A stretch of DNA of 64,000 nt from an uncultured Gammaproteobacteria bacterium (lineage in GTDB: Bacteria; Patescibacteriota; Patescibacteriia; UBA2591; UBA6264). The number at the start of each line of letters is the position of its first letter. The stretch's first letter is position 1. Positions 10,045-20,254 of the stretch are shown one piece after another. The DNA is taken from assembly GCA_964596735.1 (NCBI GenBank), contig CAZQVF010000002.1, forward strand, positions 18,321 through 82,320. Direction: 5' to 3'. Below the pieces are notes generated by a model. The model saw only the letters and a list, made by a program, of their open reading frames with translations, ran no database searches and had not been told where the DNA came from. A program made the position numbers and the translations under genes.

Positions 10045-12423
10045 ATGTTTTTAAAATATTTTAAAAAAATAAAACTTAACCTAACAACTAAATTTGTTGT
10101 TTTGTTCTTGGCTATTTCTCTGGTTCCCTTGATTATTGCTGTTTATATCAGTTATGACAGTTCGCGAAAAGTTTTAGAAGAAGAAGCCGCTTATCAGCTT
10201 TATCAAATTTCTGATAATAAAGTCAATCAAATTGATAAATATTTTTCAGAAGCAAAAAAAGATGTCACTGCTTTAGCGCGCATGCCTGGTGTTATCGGTT
10301 CTGTGGAAAAATTTAATCAGGCTTTTCAAGAACATCAAGTAAATTCTTTAGAATATCTTGCCATTGATAAAGAATTAAGACCTGCTTTATTATATTTTCA
10401 AGAGGCATCTAAGTATGATGATCTCTTTTTAATTTCCTCTGAAGGAAATTTAACTTTTTCTACTAGTCAAAAACATGCTTTAGGAACAAATTATCTTACT
10501 GATTTAAAGGCCAATTCTGATTTAACACCCATTCTTAAAAGTACCATTGCTTTATTAGAAACAAAAATATCAACCTTTAAGCTGATTAAGGGCGGTAAGA
10601 TTAGAGCTTATATCACATCTCCTGTGTCTAATGAAGGAAAATTTATTGGGGTGATCGGAGTTCAAGTTAATAATGAAGGAATCTATAATCTCACTGAAGA
10701 TTATGCTGGTTTAGGAAAAACAGGAGAAATTATTTTAGTCGCCAGATTAGAAGATCAAATAATTTTTATTGCTCCATCAAGATATGACCCAGAAGGAGCA
10801 TTTAAAACAAATGTTGAATTAGGGGCTCATCAAGGGATTGCCCTTCAAAAGGCAGTGCAAAGAGAAAAAAGTTGGGGAATAACCACTGATTACAAAGGAG
10901 AAAAGGTTTTAGCTACTTGGCGCTATCTACCTAATTATCAATGGGGCTTGGTAGTAAAAATGAATGCCGATGAAATATTAAAAACAGCTAATGAGCTAAA
11001 AGACCGGTTAGTCGTTATTGGGACAGTACTCTTAATAATGATTGTTTTGATTACGGTTGTGATGGCTCGTTCTGTTTCCGGGCCAATTAAAAAATTAACT
11101 AAAGTAGCAGCGACAATTTCTAAGGGTAATCTTTTGGCTCGGGCAAGAATAAACACAAAAGATGAAATTGAAGAATTGGCTAATTCTTTTAATCAAATGA
11201 CTGACAATCTTTTAAAAACCCAGAGTAGATTAGAAGACAAAAGTGAACAATTAGCTAGAAATCTTGGGCAGATAGAAAGACAAAACAAAGAGCTGGAAGA
11301 AGAAAAGAATAAGGTTGGTCAGGAAAAAGATAAATTAAATACTATTCTTTATGGGATTGGTGATGGTGTCTTTGTTGTTGATCCAGATTACAAGATTATG
11401 ATTTTTAATCAAGAAGCAGAAGTTATTTCTGGGGTTACATCTAAGGAGGCTGTTGGCAAGAGATATGATCAGATTCTTAATTTTATTTCTGAAAGAAACG
11501 GAAAATCAAATGGTAGATTTGTTCGAGAAGCAATAAGCAGTGGGGAGATTAAAGAAACCAGTTTTGATACTGTTTTGGTTAAAAAAGGCAAGAAAAATAT
11601 TCCGGTTTCCGGAAGTGCCGCTCCCTTAAAAGATTCTGATGGTAATGTAATAAGTTGTGTGGTTGTTTTTCGTGATGTGTCCAAAGAAAGGGAAATTGAT
11701 CGGGCCAAAACTGAATTTGTTTCCCTGGCTTCTCATCAATTAAGAACACCCCTTTCTACTGTCAGCTGGTATGCAGAAATGCTTTTAGATGAAGACGTGG
11801 GGAAAATCAACAAAGACCAAGAAAAATATTTACAAGCGCTTTATGATGCTAATCACCGCATGGTGGAATTAGTCAATGCTCTTTTAAATGTTTCTCGGAT
11901 TGAATTAGGAACTTTTGCTATTGACCCTGAGCCGATTAAATTTCTTGAAATTGCTGATAGTGTTATAAAAGAACAAACTCCACAAATTAAAGAAAAAGGA
12001 TTAAAAATTGAAAAAAAATATGCTGTTGATTTGCCCATTATTAATGCTGACCCTCGACTTTTAAGAATTATTTTACAAAATCTGATTTCCAATGCTGTTA
12101 AATATACTCCGGAAAAGGGAAGTATTGTTATTGAAATTAGTAAAAAGGATTTAGATATTTTAGTTAAAGTAAAGGATACTGGTTATGGTATTCCCAAGAC
12201 TCAACAATCAAAAATATTTAATAAGCTGTTCCGGGCTGATAATATTTTGGCTAAAGATTGTGATGGCACTGGTCTTGGCCTTTATATTGTCAAGGCTGTG
12301 GTTGAGCAGTCAGGCGGCAAAATCTGGTTTGAATCTGAAGAAAATAAAGGAACCACTTTCTTTACCACTATTCCTTTAATAGGAATGAAAAAGAAAAAAG
12401 GAGTCAAAGTTTTAGCTAGTTAA
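10045..12423 (+). CDS. Sensor histidine kinase with a large (~280 aa) extracytoplasmic sensor domain (Cache-like), HAMP, PAS, HisKA and HATPase_c
   Basis: TM1 about aa 14-36 and TM2 about aa 318-338. H-box FVSLASHQLRTPL, N-box ISNAVKYTP, G-boxes DTGYGIP and GTGLGLYIVK. Confidence 0.85.
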   Translation: MFLKYFKKIKLNLTTKFVVLFLAISLVPLIIAVYISYDSSRKVLEEEAAYQLYQISDNKVNQIDKYFSEAKKDVTALARMPGVIGSVEKFNQAFQEHQVNSLEYLAIDKELRPALLYFQEASKYDDLFLISSEGNLTFSTSQKHALGTNYLTDLKANSDLTPILKSTIALLETKISTFKLIKGGKIRAYITSPVSNEGKFIGVIGVQVNNEGIYNLTEDYAGLGKTGEIILVARLEDQIIFIAPSRYDPEGAFKTNVELGAHQGIALQKAVQREKSWGITTDYKGEKVLATWRYLPNYQWGLVVKMNADEILKTANELKDRLVVIGTVLLIMIVLITVVMARSVSGPIKKLTKVAATISKGNLLARARINTKDEIEELANSFNQMTDNLLKTQSRLEDKSEQLARNLGQIERQNKELEEEKNKVGQEKDKLNTILYGIGDGVFVVDPDYKIMIFNQEAEVISGVTSKEAVGKRYDQILNFISERNGKSNGRFVREAISSGEIKETSFDTVLVKKGKKNIPVSGSAAPLKDSDGNVISCVVVFRDVSKEREIDRAKTEFVSLASHQLRTPLSTVSWYAEMLLDEDVGKINKDQEKYLQALYDANHRMVELVNALLNVSRIELGTFAIDPEPIKFLEIADSVIKEQTPQIKEKGLKIEKKYAVDLPIINADPRLLRIILQNLISNAVKYTPEKGSIVIEISKKDLDILVKVKDTGYGIPKTQQSKIFNKLFRADNILAKDCDGTGLGLYIVKAVVEQSGGKIWFESEENKGTTFFTTIPLIGMKKKKGVKVLAS

Positions 12424-12460
12424 TTGTATAAATAATAATGTAATTTAATTATATAAACAT

Positions 12461-12850
12461 ATGTCAACACAAAACAAAAAAGTCCTTATTGTTGAGGACG
12501 AAAAAGCTATGCGACAAGTTATTTTTGACAAATTCGAACGTGAAGGTTTCCAAACCTTTCAAGGAAAAGACGGAGAAGAAGGCTTAAAGATTGCTTTAAA
12601 AGAGCATCCTGATATTATTCTTTTAGACATTATCATGCCTCGAGTTGATGGTTTAAGTATGCTTAAAAAATTAAGAAAAGATAAGTGGGGAAAAAATGCG
12701 CAGGTGCTTCTTCTTACTAATTTAAATGATGCTGAGTATGTGGCCACGGCTATGGAAAGTGGAGTTTTTGATTTTTTAGTTAAAAGTGATTGGAAGCTTG
12801 ATGATTTGGTTGTAAGGGTCAAAGAAAAACTAGGAATTGTTCAAAAATAA
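12461..12850 (+). CDS. Stand-alone response-regulator receiver domain protein
   Basis: VLIVEDE ... ILLDIIMP ... LLLTNL ... FLVKS receiver pattern; 129 aa. Confidence 0.85.
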   Translation: MSTQNKKVLIVEDEKAMRQVIFDKFEREGFQTFQGKDGEEGLKIALKEHPDIILLDIIMPRVDGLSMLKKLRKDKWGKNAQVLLLTNLNDAEYVATAMESGVFDFLVKSDWKLDDLVVRVKEKLGIVQK

Positions 12851-12864
12851 TATAATTATTAAAT

Positions 12865-13245
12865 ATGGCTGAAGAAAAAAAAGTTAAAATTGCTTTAGTT
12901 GAGGATGAAAGGTTTTTATTAGGGGCGATGAGGGATAAACTGCAAAGAGAGGGCTTTGATGTTTATACAGCGACTAATGGTGAAATTGGATTGGAGGTAA
13001 TTAAGAAAGAAAAACCGGCTTTGATTTTACTAGATTTAATTATGCCGATAAAAAGTGGTTTTGATGTTTTAGAAGAATTGCAAAAAGATAGTGAATTAAA
13101 AAATATTCCTGTCATTATTCTTACTAATTTGGGTCAAGAATCAGATATTCAAAAAGGTAAAGAATTGGGAGCAGCAGACTATTTAATCAAAGCTGATTTT
13201 AAAATGAAAGAGGTTATTGCCAAGGTAAGGGAACATCTTAAATAA
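12865..13245 (+). CDS. Stand-alone response-regulator receiver domain protein, paralog of 9640-10029
   Basis: Receiver pattern. The C-terminal ~35 aa are nearly identical to the first receiver (NLGQESDIQK.KELGA.DYLIK.DFK.KEV), with ~85% identity over ~100 nt at the DNA level. Confidence 0.85.
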   Translation: MAEEKKVKIALVEDERFLLGAMRDKLQREGFDVYTATNGEIGLEVIKKEKPALILLDLIMPIKSGFDVLEELQKDSELKNIPVIILTNLGQESDIQKGKELGAADYLIKADFKMKEVIAKVREHLK

Positions 13246-13264
13246 CATTTTAAACTTATTAAGC

Positions 13265-14974
13265 ATGGAAATTCCTTTGGAAAAATTAAAAGAACTTTTG
13301 GTTTCACCAGGTCATATTCCTGAGAAGGAATTTAATGATTCTGTTAAAAAAGCTAAGGAAGAAAACACTTCTTTGCAAAATTTTTTAGTAGAAAAAGGTT
13401 TAATCTCAGATAAAAATTTAGGAAAGACTATTGCTGAACATTTTGATTATCACTTTGTTGATCTTAAAAAAGAAGAGATTTCTGAAGAAATTCTAAGAAT
13501 AGTTCCTGAATTAGTCGCTCGCATGCAAGAAGTGATTGCTTTTGATAGAGGCAAAGATGGTTTTAAAATAGCCATGGCCAATCCAAATAACTATGAGATG
13601 GTTAAATGGTTGGAAAAAAAGACCGGAGAGAAGGTCAGGGTATATTACGCTACTTCTTTTGGAATTCAAGATTCTTTAAAGTTTTATCGCAAAAAAATAA
13701 CAGAAGAATTTGATGATATTATTAAAACTCAGGTTAAAGAAGCAAAAAGATTAAATGTGAAAGCAGAAGACATTCCCATTATTAAAATTGTTGATACTTT
13801 AGTTGAATATGCTTATGAAAACGGGACCTCAGATATTCACATTGAACCATTAGATGAAAAAACTCAGGTTAGGTTTAGGATTGACGGAGTTTTACACAAT
13901 GTTGTCAGTTTACCAAGAGATATTCATGGTTTAGTTGTTACTCGCATTAAGGTTTTAAGTCGACTCCGCACAGATGAACATTTTGCCGCTCAAGATGGAA
14001 AATTTCAGGTTGAATTAGAAGCTTTAACTGGCTTTAGAAGAAAACAAGATAAATTTGATATCAGAGTTTCCATTGTCCCAGTCACTGATGGAGAAAAAAT
14101 AGTGATGCGACTTTTGTCAGAAAAAGCCCGTCGCTTTACCTTAAAAGGATTGGGTTTTCGTCCTCAAGATCATAAAAAAATTAAAAACACTATTAAAAAA
14201 CCTTATGGTATGGTTTTATCTACTGGACCAACCGGTTGTGGTAAAACCACTAGTCTTTATGCTATTTTAAAGATTTTAAATAAACCAAGTGTAAATATTA
14301 CTACAATTGAAGATCCTGTTGAATATGACGTTGAAGGAATTAGTCAGATTCAAGTTAACACTAAAACTGGTTTGACTTTTGCCAAGGGTTTACGTTCAAT
14401 TGTTAGACAAGATCCAGATATTATTATGGTTGGAGAAATTCGTGACGAAGAAACAGCTGATATTGCTATTAATTCAGCCATGACTGGTCACTTAGTTCTC
14501 TCTACAATGCATGCTAATACAGCGGCAACTAATTTAGTTCGTTTAATAGATATGGGCGTAGAACCGTTCTTGGTTGCTTCTTCAATTAATGTTGTTTTTG
14601 GCCAAAGGTTGGTAAGAAAAATCTGTGAAAAATGCCGATATAGCTATGAGGTTAATCGCCAAGAATTAAAAAAACTTAATCTTTCCTCAAAATTAATTGA
14701 TAAAATCCTTGGTAAAAAACAAAAAATCAGAGTTTATAAAGGTGAGGGTTGTCGAGCCTGTAATGAAAGCGGATATACTGGTCGAATCGGGATTTTTGAA
14801 ATTTTAGAAATTAGTGACACCCTTAAACAAATGATTATGCGTCGAGCCAATGCTGATGAACTTGAAGGTCAAGCCATTAAAGAAGGGATGCACTCAATGA
14901 TGGAAGATGGAATTGAAAAAGTACTTACGGGAATTACCACTATTGATGAGGTATTAAGGGTGACCAGAGAATAG
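13265..14974 (+). CDS. pilB: Type IV pilus assembly ATPase PilB (GspE family)
   Basis: N-terminal T2SS-E N domain, Walker A STGPTGCGKTT, Asp box, His box, tetracysteine zinc motif (CEKC ... CRAC). Confidence 0.9.
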   Translation: MEIPLEKLKELLVSPGHIPEKEFNDSVKKAKEENTSLQNFLVEKGLISDKNLGKTIAEHFDYHFVDLKKEEISEEILRIVPELVARMQEVIAFDRGKDGFKIAMANPNNYEMVKWLEKKTGEKVRVYYATSFGIQDSLKFYRKKITEEFDDIIKTQVKEAKRLNVKAEDIPIIKIVDTLVEYAYENGTSDIHIEPLDEKTQVRFRIDGVLHNVVSLPRDIHGLVVTRIKVLSRLRTDEHFAAQDGKFQVELEALTGFRRKQDKFDIRVSIVPVTDGEKIVMRLLSEKARRFTLKGLGFRPQDHKKIKNTIKKPYGMVLSTGPTGCGKTTSLYAILKILNKPSVNITTIEDPVEYDVEGISQIQVNTKTGLTFAKGLRSIVRQDPDIIMVGEIRDEETADIAINSAMTGHLVLSTMHANTAATNLVRLIDMGVEPFLVASSINVVFGQRLVRKICEKCRYSYEVNRQELKKLNLSSKLIDKILGKKQKIRVYKGEGCRACNESGYTGRIGIFEILEISDTLKQMIMRRANADELEGQAIKEGMHSMMEDGIEKVLTGITTIDEVLRVTRE

Positions 14975-14999
14975 ATATTTTTTAATTTAATATATCTTT

Positions 15000-16046
15000 A
15001 TGTTAAAAAAAATAAGTACTATTGATAAAGTTTTTCTTGCTAATAATATTTCTGTTATGATTAAGGCCGGCTTGCCTTTAAGAGAAGCGGTAGCTACATT
15101 GCAGGAACAAACTAAATCTAAAGTATTTAAAAAAATTCTTGAGGATATTATTAAACATCTTGATAATGGAGAATCTTTAGCAGATAGTTTAGCTAGACAT
15201 CCTCGAGATTTTAATCAGCTTTTTATTAATATTATTAGAGTAGGGGAAGCGAGTGGAACTTTAGAGGAAAACTTAAAATACCTGGCCATTCAATTAGAAA
15301 AAAGTTATGATCTTCATCGAAAAGTAAAAGGGGCGATGATTTATCCCTTACTTGTTTTGACTAGTACTTTTGTTTTAGGATCAGCTTTGGCTGTCTTTAT
15401 TTTGCCTAAACTTTTACCTCTTTTTAAAAGTTTTGATGTACAACTGCCCTTGCCTACAAAAGTCTTAATCTGGGTGACAGAGGCAATTCAAAATCATGGA
15501 CTGTTAATCTTTGGTGGTTTAATTGGTCTTATTATTTTATTTACCTTCCTTTCCCGTTTAAAACCAGTTAAAAAAATTAATCATAAAATCCTTTTAAGAA
15601 CCCCTTTATTTGGTCGAATCTCCCGCAGTAATAACCTAGCTCAATTCTGTCGTACCTTAGGGATCTTGTTAAAAAGTGGCATTCCTGTAGTACAAGGACT
15701 GGAAATTACTTCTCAAACCTTAAAAAACATGAGTTATAAAAAAGCTTTAGTTGAAACCTCTGATAAAGTACAAAGAGGAAAACCCATTAGTGATCATTTA
15801 AAAAATGAGGGCTTTCTTTTCCCAGTCACTGTCTCTAAGATGATTCAGGTAGGAGAAAAAACTGGCAGTTTAGAAGAAACCTTGCTTCATTTAGCAGGAT
15901 TTTATGAAAAAGAAATTGATAATGTGACTAAGAATCTTTCCAACATCTTAGAACCTATCTTATTAATCGTTATCGGTTTGGTGGTTGGTTTTATTGCCAT
16001 TGCTATTATTCTGCCGATTTACAAATTAACCGGCGGATTTAGATAA
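15000..16046 (+). CDS. pilC: Type IV pilus inner-membrane platform protein PilC (GspF family)
   Basis: Two GspF repeats, each with the conserved helical segment followed by TM helices. Confidence 0.85.
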   Translation: MLKKISTIDKVFLANNISVMIKAGLPLREAVATLQEQTKSKVFKKILEDIIKHLDNGESLADSLARHPRDFNQLFINIIRVGEASGTLEENLKYLAIQLEKSYDLHRKVKGAMIYPLLVLTSTFVLGSALAVFILPKLLPLFKSFDVQLPLPTKVLIWVTEAIQNHGLLIFGGLIGLIILFTFLSRLKPVKKINHKILLRTPLFGRISRSNNLAQFCRTLGILLKSGIPVVQGLEITSQTLKNMSYKKALVETSDKVQRGKPISDHLKNEGFLFPVTVSKMIQVGEKTGSLEETLLHLAGFYEKEIDNVTKNLSNILEPILLIVIGLVVGFIAIAIILPIYKLTGGFR

Positions 16047-16053
16047 AATAAGT

Positions 16054-16500
16054 ATGTTTAAAAAAGGCTTTACTCTTGTTGAGATAATACTAGCTATTAC
16101 TATTATTATTTTCCTTGCTGGCTTGGTTGTGCCCACGGGTATACGTTTTTATCAAACCCAACAATTAGACACAGCGACTGATGGAATTATTCAGGCTTTA
16201 AGAAGAGCCCAATTAAAAGCCATGTCTCAAGGAGATAATAATTTTGGTGTTTATGTTGGCTCTGGTCAAACCGGTCAATATTTTTTATTTACAGGTAATT
16301 CTTATGAAAATAGAACTGACGAAGAAATTTTCGGGGCTAGCAATAATATTTCGTTCAGTGGTGTTTCAGAAGTATTATTTTCTAAAACACAAGGTAAGCC
16401 AACTATTACTGGAACAGGTGACGATATTGTTTTAACCCAAGGTACAGAAACAAAAACAATTAACATTAATGAAGCGGGTAGAATTAATTTTGAATTATAA
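16054..16500 (+). CDS. Prepilin-like protein (type IV pilin / pseudopilin), class III signal peptide
   Basis: N-terminus MFKKGFTLVEIILAITIII. The G|FTLVE cleavage and N-methylation motif is followed by a hydrophobic helix. Confidence 0.7.
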   Translation: MFKKGFTLVEIILAITIIIFLAGLVVPTGIRFYQTQQLDTATDGIIQALRRAQLKAMSQGDNNFGVYVGSGQTGQYFLFTGNSYENRTDEEIFGASNNISFSGVSEVLFSKTQGKPTITGTGDDIVLTQGTETKTININEAGRINFEL

Positions 16501-16503
16501 GTT

Positions 16504-19326
16504 ATGAAACATCAAAAAGCTCAAAGCTTAATTGAATTATTAATCGCCCTTGGCGTTTTTGTTTTGGTTGTCAGTTCGATTAATTTTTTAAGTCTTGATA
16601 CATATATAGCTGATCGAGCTGGTGGAGAAAGAACCCAAGCCACTTTTTTGGCTAAAGAGGGGATTGAAGCAAGTAAATCTATTAGCAACAACAGCTGGGG
16701 TGATTTAATCTTGGGCAATCATGGAATTAGTATCTCTGATGAACATTGGGTTTTTCAAGGAACGGCCGATGATGTTAGCGATCAATTAACTCAAGGAGAG
16801 CGGGTTATTGTTGTTGAACAAGACGAAGCTTGTAATCTAAATTGTAAAAAAATTACCTCTCAGGTGACCTGGGATTTAACAGACACTCGTCCCCAAACCG
16901 TAACCTTGGTCACTTATTTAACTAATTTGTTTAGTCTCAATTGGACCCAGACGCTTTTAGCAGACTTTGATTTAGGAAAGAGAAACAGTGTTCAGACCAC
17001 TGAGGTGGGTGATGGGGAGATAAAGTTATCCTTGATCGGCGACTGGAACAATGCCTCTGTTGTTGCCGACTTTGATACAGATGCTAATGGTGATGTCCGG
17101 GATATTTTTATTAATAATAATATTGCCTATGTTATTACCATGAATAATGGTGGTGGCGGTGAAGAAGAATTTTTTGTTTTAGATATTTCTGATATTAGTA
17201 ATGGAAATATTAATTTGTTAGGATCAACTGATTTGGGAACAGAATTAGGTAATGATGCTCGTAGTTTTCATGTTTCTGAAGATTATGCCTATATTGCCAG
17301 TGATGATAATAATGCCGAATTAATGATTGTTCGTTTAAGTGATTATACTGTAACTAATCAGTACAATGTTCCAGACAATCTTAATGGCCTTGATGTTTTT
17401 GTTGTTGATGATATTGCTTATTTAGTGACTAATGTAAATAATTCTGAAGAATTCTATGTCTTGGATGTTTCTAATCCTGAAGAAGAGATTACTCTGTTAA
17501 ATTCATTAGAAGTTGACGCCACTGTTAATAAAATTGATGTTGTGGGTAATTATGCTTATTTAGCCACTGAAGGTAATAATAAAGAATTATCAGTTGTTCG
17601 TTTAACAGATAATACTGAAGTAAATACTTTTGATATTACTGGTAATGGTGATATGACTTCTGTTCAGGTTATTGGCGATATCGCTTATATGGGGAGGGAA
17701 AGCAGTGGTGACTCAGAGTTTTATGCCTTGGATGTTTCTAACCCAGAAGGAGTAATTACTGAACTTGATTCAATTGATTTAGAAGGCGATGATGTTGAAA
17801 CAATTTCTATTTATAATGATTTGGCTTATTTGGGGACTGATAATGCAGACAAAGAAGTGGTCGTCATTGATTTAAATACTTTTATAGAAACAGCTTCTGT
17901 TGATTTAATCGGCTCAAATTATGCTTATGCGATTTGGTTTCAAGGCGCTCATATTTATGCCGGAACAACAAATAATGATTATGAAGTTCAAGTGATTCAA
18001 AGTGGCCAAGGCGGTTGGGAAGTCCCAGAAATGATTGGTAGCATTGATCTTCCCGGGAACGAGGATGCTAAAGATGTTTTTGTTTTAGGTGATTATGCTT
18101 ACATCGGGACTAAACCAGCTAGACACGGTGACAATTTTTTCATCATTGACATTTCAGACCCGGAAAATCCTGATCCAAGAGGTTCTCTTGATATAGGAAA
18201 GGATATTCATGGTGTTTATATCTCTGGCAACTATGCTTATCTGTCCTTGCATGATGATGATGAAGGATTAAGAATTGTTGATATTACCAATAAGGACAAT
18301 CCTATTAAACTTGATTATTTTAATGCCCCAGGAGACAAGTGTTTTAAAGATGTTTCTGTTTTAGATGATTATGCCTATATCGTAGGAAAAGAGGCAAGAA
18401 ACGATCCAGAATTTTTCATCATTGATGTTGAAGAGCCGGACGATTTAGAAGACGAGGCTGAAGGAAGTTTAGAGCTGGACACTGAGGCTTATGCCATATA
18501 TGTCTCAGGAGATTATGCTTATTTAGCCACTAGTGATAATGATAAAGAATTAATGGTGGTTGATATTTCAGATGAGGAAGAACCAGAGATGGTTGGTTCA
18601 TACAATGCTGATAGCGATGCTAATGCGAGGGATATTTTTATTGAAAATGACACTGCTTATTTAGTGACTAAAGAAAACTCTTCTGCAGGGATAAATCCTG
18701 AATTCTATATTTTAGATATTAGCACACCAACGGTTCCTAGTTTAATAGGTTCTTTAGACATAGATGACAACGTTGATACTCTCACTGTTTCAGGAGATTA
18801 TGCTTATTTGGGAACAGATGAGAATGATGCTGGGCTTCAAATAATCGATATTAGTGATTTAGCCAATCCTTTGCTTTATAGTACTTTTGATGTTGGTGAT
18901 GATGTTAAGGGTATTGATTTTGATGAGGGTCATGTTTATTTGGCCACTAAAAATGGTGATTTAGAGGCGCCAATTATTGGTCCAGGCGGATTACCAACTG
19001 ATTATTCTCAATGGGGCATTTTCACTTCTTCTTCTTATGATTCTGGGGAAACAAATACTTCATGGAATAATATCTTATGGTCAGAAAGTGGGACCGGTAC
19101 TTTAAAATTCCAGGTGCGCACTGCCGATACTGAAGAAAATCTTTCTTCGGCTACCTGGGTTGGATCAGACGGGACTAATTCAACTTATTATACTTTTTCT
19201 GAACAAAACATTATTATTGATCCTGGAGCCAGTGGTAAACAATGGGCTGAATATCGAGTATTTTTTACTGGTGACAGTACAGACAGTCCTATCTTAGAAA
19301 GTATAACTATTATTTATAGCAACTAA
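16504..19326 (+). CDS. Giant (940 aa) pilin-like protein: prepilin-type N-terminus followed by about 14 LVIVD-type beta-propeller repeats and a C-terminal beta-sandwich-like domain
   Basis: N-terminus MKHQKAQSLIELLIALGVFVLVV. Repeated ~40-55 aa units of the form V.GDYAYLAT..ND.EL.VVDISDP..P. Very acidic (D/E-rich) composition. Confidence 0.75.
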   Translation: MKHQKAQSLIELLIALGVFVLVVSSINFLSLDTYIADRAGGERTQATFLAKEGIEASKSISNNSWGDLILGNHGISISDEHWVFQGTADDVSDQLTQGERVIVVEQDEACNLNCKKITSQVTWDLTDTRPQTVTLVTYLTNLFSLNWTQTLLADFDLGKRNSVQTTEVGDGEIKLSLIGDWNNASVVADFDTDANGDVRDIFINNNIAYVITMNNGGGGEEEFFVLDISDISNGNINLLGSTDLGTELGNDARSFHVSEDYAYIASDDNNAELMIVRLSDYTVTNQYNVPDNLNGLDVFVVDDIAYLVTNVNNSEEFYVLDVSNPEEEITLLNSLEVDATVNKIDVVGNYAYLATEGNNKELSVVRLTDNTEVNTFDITGNGDMTSVQVIGDIAYMGRESSGDSEFYALDVSNPEGVITELDSIDLEGDDVETISIYNDLAYLGTDNADKEVVVIDLNTFIETASVDLIGSNYAYAIWFQGAHIYAGTTNNDYEVQVIQSGQGGWEVPEMIGSIDLPGNEDAKDVFVLGDYAYIGTKPARHGDNFFIIDISDPENPDPRGSLDIGKDIHGVYISGNYAYLSLHDDDEGLRIVDITNKDNPIKLDYFNAPGDKCFKDVSVLDDYAYIVGKEARNDPEFFIIDVEEPDDLEDEAEGSLELDTEAYAIYVSGDYAYLATSDNDKELMVVDISDEEEPEMVGSYNADSDANARDIFIENDTAYLVTKENSSAGINPEFYILDISTPTVPSLIGSLDIDDNVDTLTVSGDYAYLGTDENDAGLQIIDISDLANPLLYSTFDVGDDVKGIDFDEGHVYLATKNGDLEAPIIGPGGLPTDYSQWGIFTSSSYDSGETNTSWNNILWSESGTGTLKFQVRTADTEENLSSATWVGSDGTNSTYYTFSEQNIIIDPGASGKQWAEYRVFFTGDSTDSPILESITIIYSN

Positions 19327-19838
19327 TGATTTACAAAAAGAAAAAAAGTTTTACGTTAATTGAACTGCTTATTTATCTTGGCATAGTGGCCGGGATTTTA
19401 GTTGTGGCTGGTGCTTTTACCTGGAGTATTATTAAAGGAAGCGCAAAAGGCGCTTGTGTTCGAGAGGTGCAACAAAATGGACGTTTGGCCATGGAAGTAA
19501 TTACTCGAGAGATAAAGGCCGCTTCTGGAATTAATAGTCCTTTAGCTGGAGAATCAGCCGAGACCTTGTCTTTGATTATGTCTGACAGTGGTTTAAATCC
19601 AACTATATTTGAATTATCAAATGATCAGATTCTTTTAAGTCAGGGGGTGGATGGACCCTATACTTTAACTACTGATCAGGTTTTGGTTTCTAATCTTGAT
19701 TTTACTAATCTTTCCTACGCAGATACATCTGGAACAGTCAGAATAGAAATGACCTTAGATTATAATAATCTTGGTTCTCAAACCGCTTATGAGGCTTCGA
19801 TTGATTTAAGTACCACGGTTTCTTTAACTGAGGAATAA
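19326..19838 (+). CDS. Prepilin-like minor pilin/pseudopilin
   Basis: N-terminus KSFTLIELLIYLGIVAGILVV (class III signal peptide). Confidence 0.65.
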   Translation: MIYKKKKSFTLIELLIYLGIVAGILVVAGAFTWSIIKGSAKGACVREVQQNGRLAMEVITREIKAASGINSPLAGESAETLSLIMSDSGLNPTIFELSNDQILLSQGVDGPYTLTTDQVLVSNLDFTNLSYADTSGTVRIEMTLDYNNLGSQTAYEASIDLSTTVSLTEE

Positions 19839-19841
19839 AAC

Positions 19842-20237
19842 ATGAAACATCAACAAGCATATATTGCCTTAATTACCATTTTAATCATCTCTGCCGTAAC
19901 CTTATTAATTGCGGCTAGTGCTGGTCTTTTTGGTATTTCTGAAACAGACATGGGTCTAATCGAAGATCAATCTACTCAGTCTTATTATTTGGCTAATGCC
20001 TGTGCTGAATATGCCTTGGAAAGGTTAAAGAATAATGTAAATTATGCTGGTGACGAAACCTTAGATATTGATGATGGCAGTTGCTATATTTATTTACCAG
20101 AAGGAAGTGGCAATGAGGATAGAATAATTAAAGCAACCGGCACTCTTGCTAATCAGACTAGAAAGGTTAAAATTATAATAGAAGAGATTAATCCTTTAAT
20201 GGTCATTAGCTCTTGGCAAGAGGTTTCTGAATTTTAG
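19842..20237 (+). CDS. Putative minor pilin (PilX-like) with atypical N-terminal hydrophobic helix
   Basis: MKHQQAYIALITILIISAVTLLIAAS lacks the canonical G-F-T-L-I-E but sits within the pilin gene run. Confidence 0.4.
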   Translation: MKHQQAYIALITILIISAVTLLIAASAGLFGISETDMGLIEDQSTQSYYLANACAEYALERLKNNVNYAGDETLDIDDGSCYIYLPEGSGNEDRIIKATGTLANQTRKVKIIIEEINPLMVISSWQEVSEF

Positions 20238-20254
20238 AATGTTTAATTTAAAAT

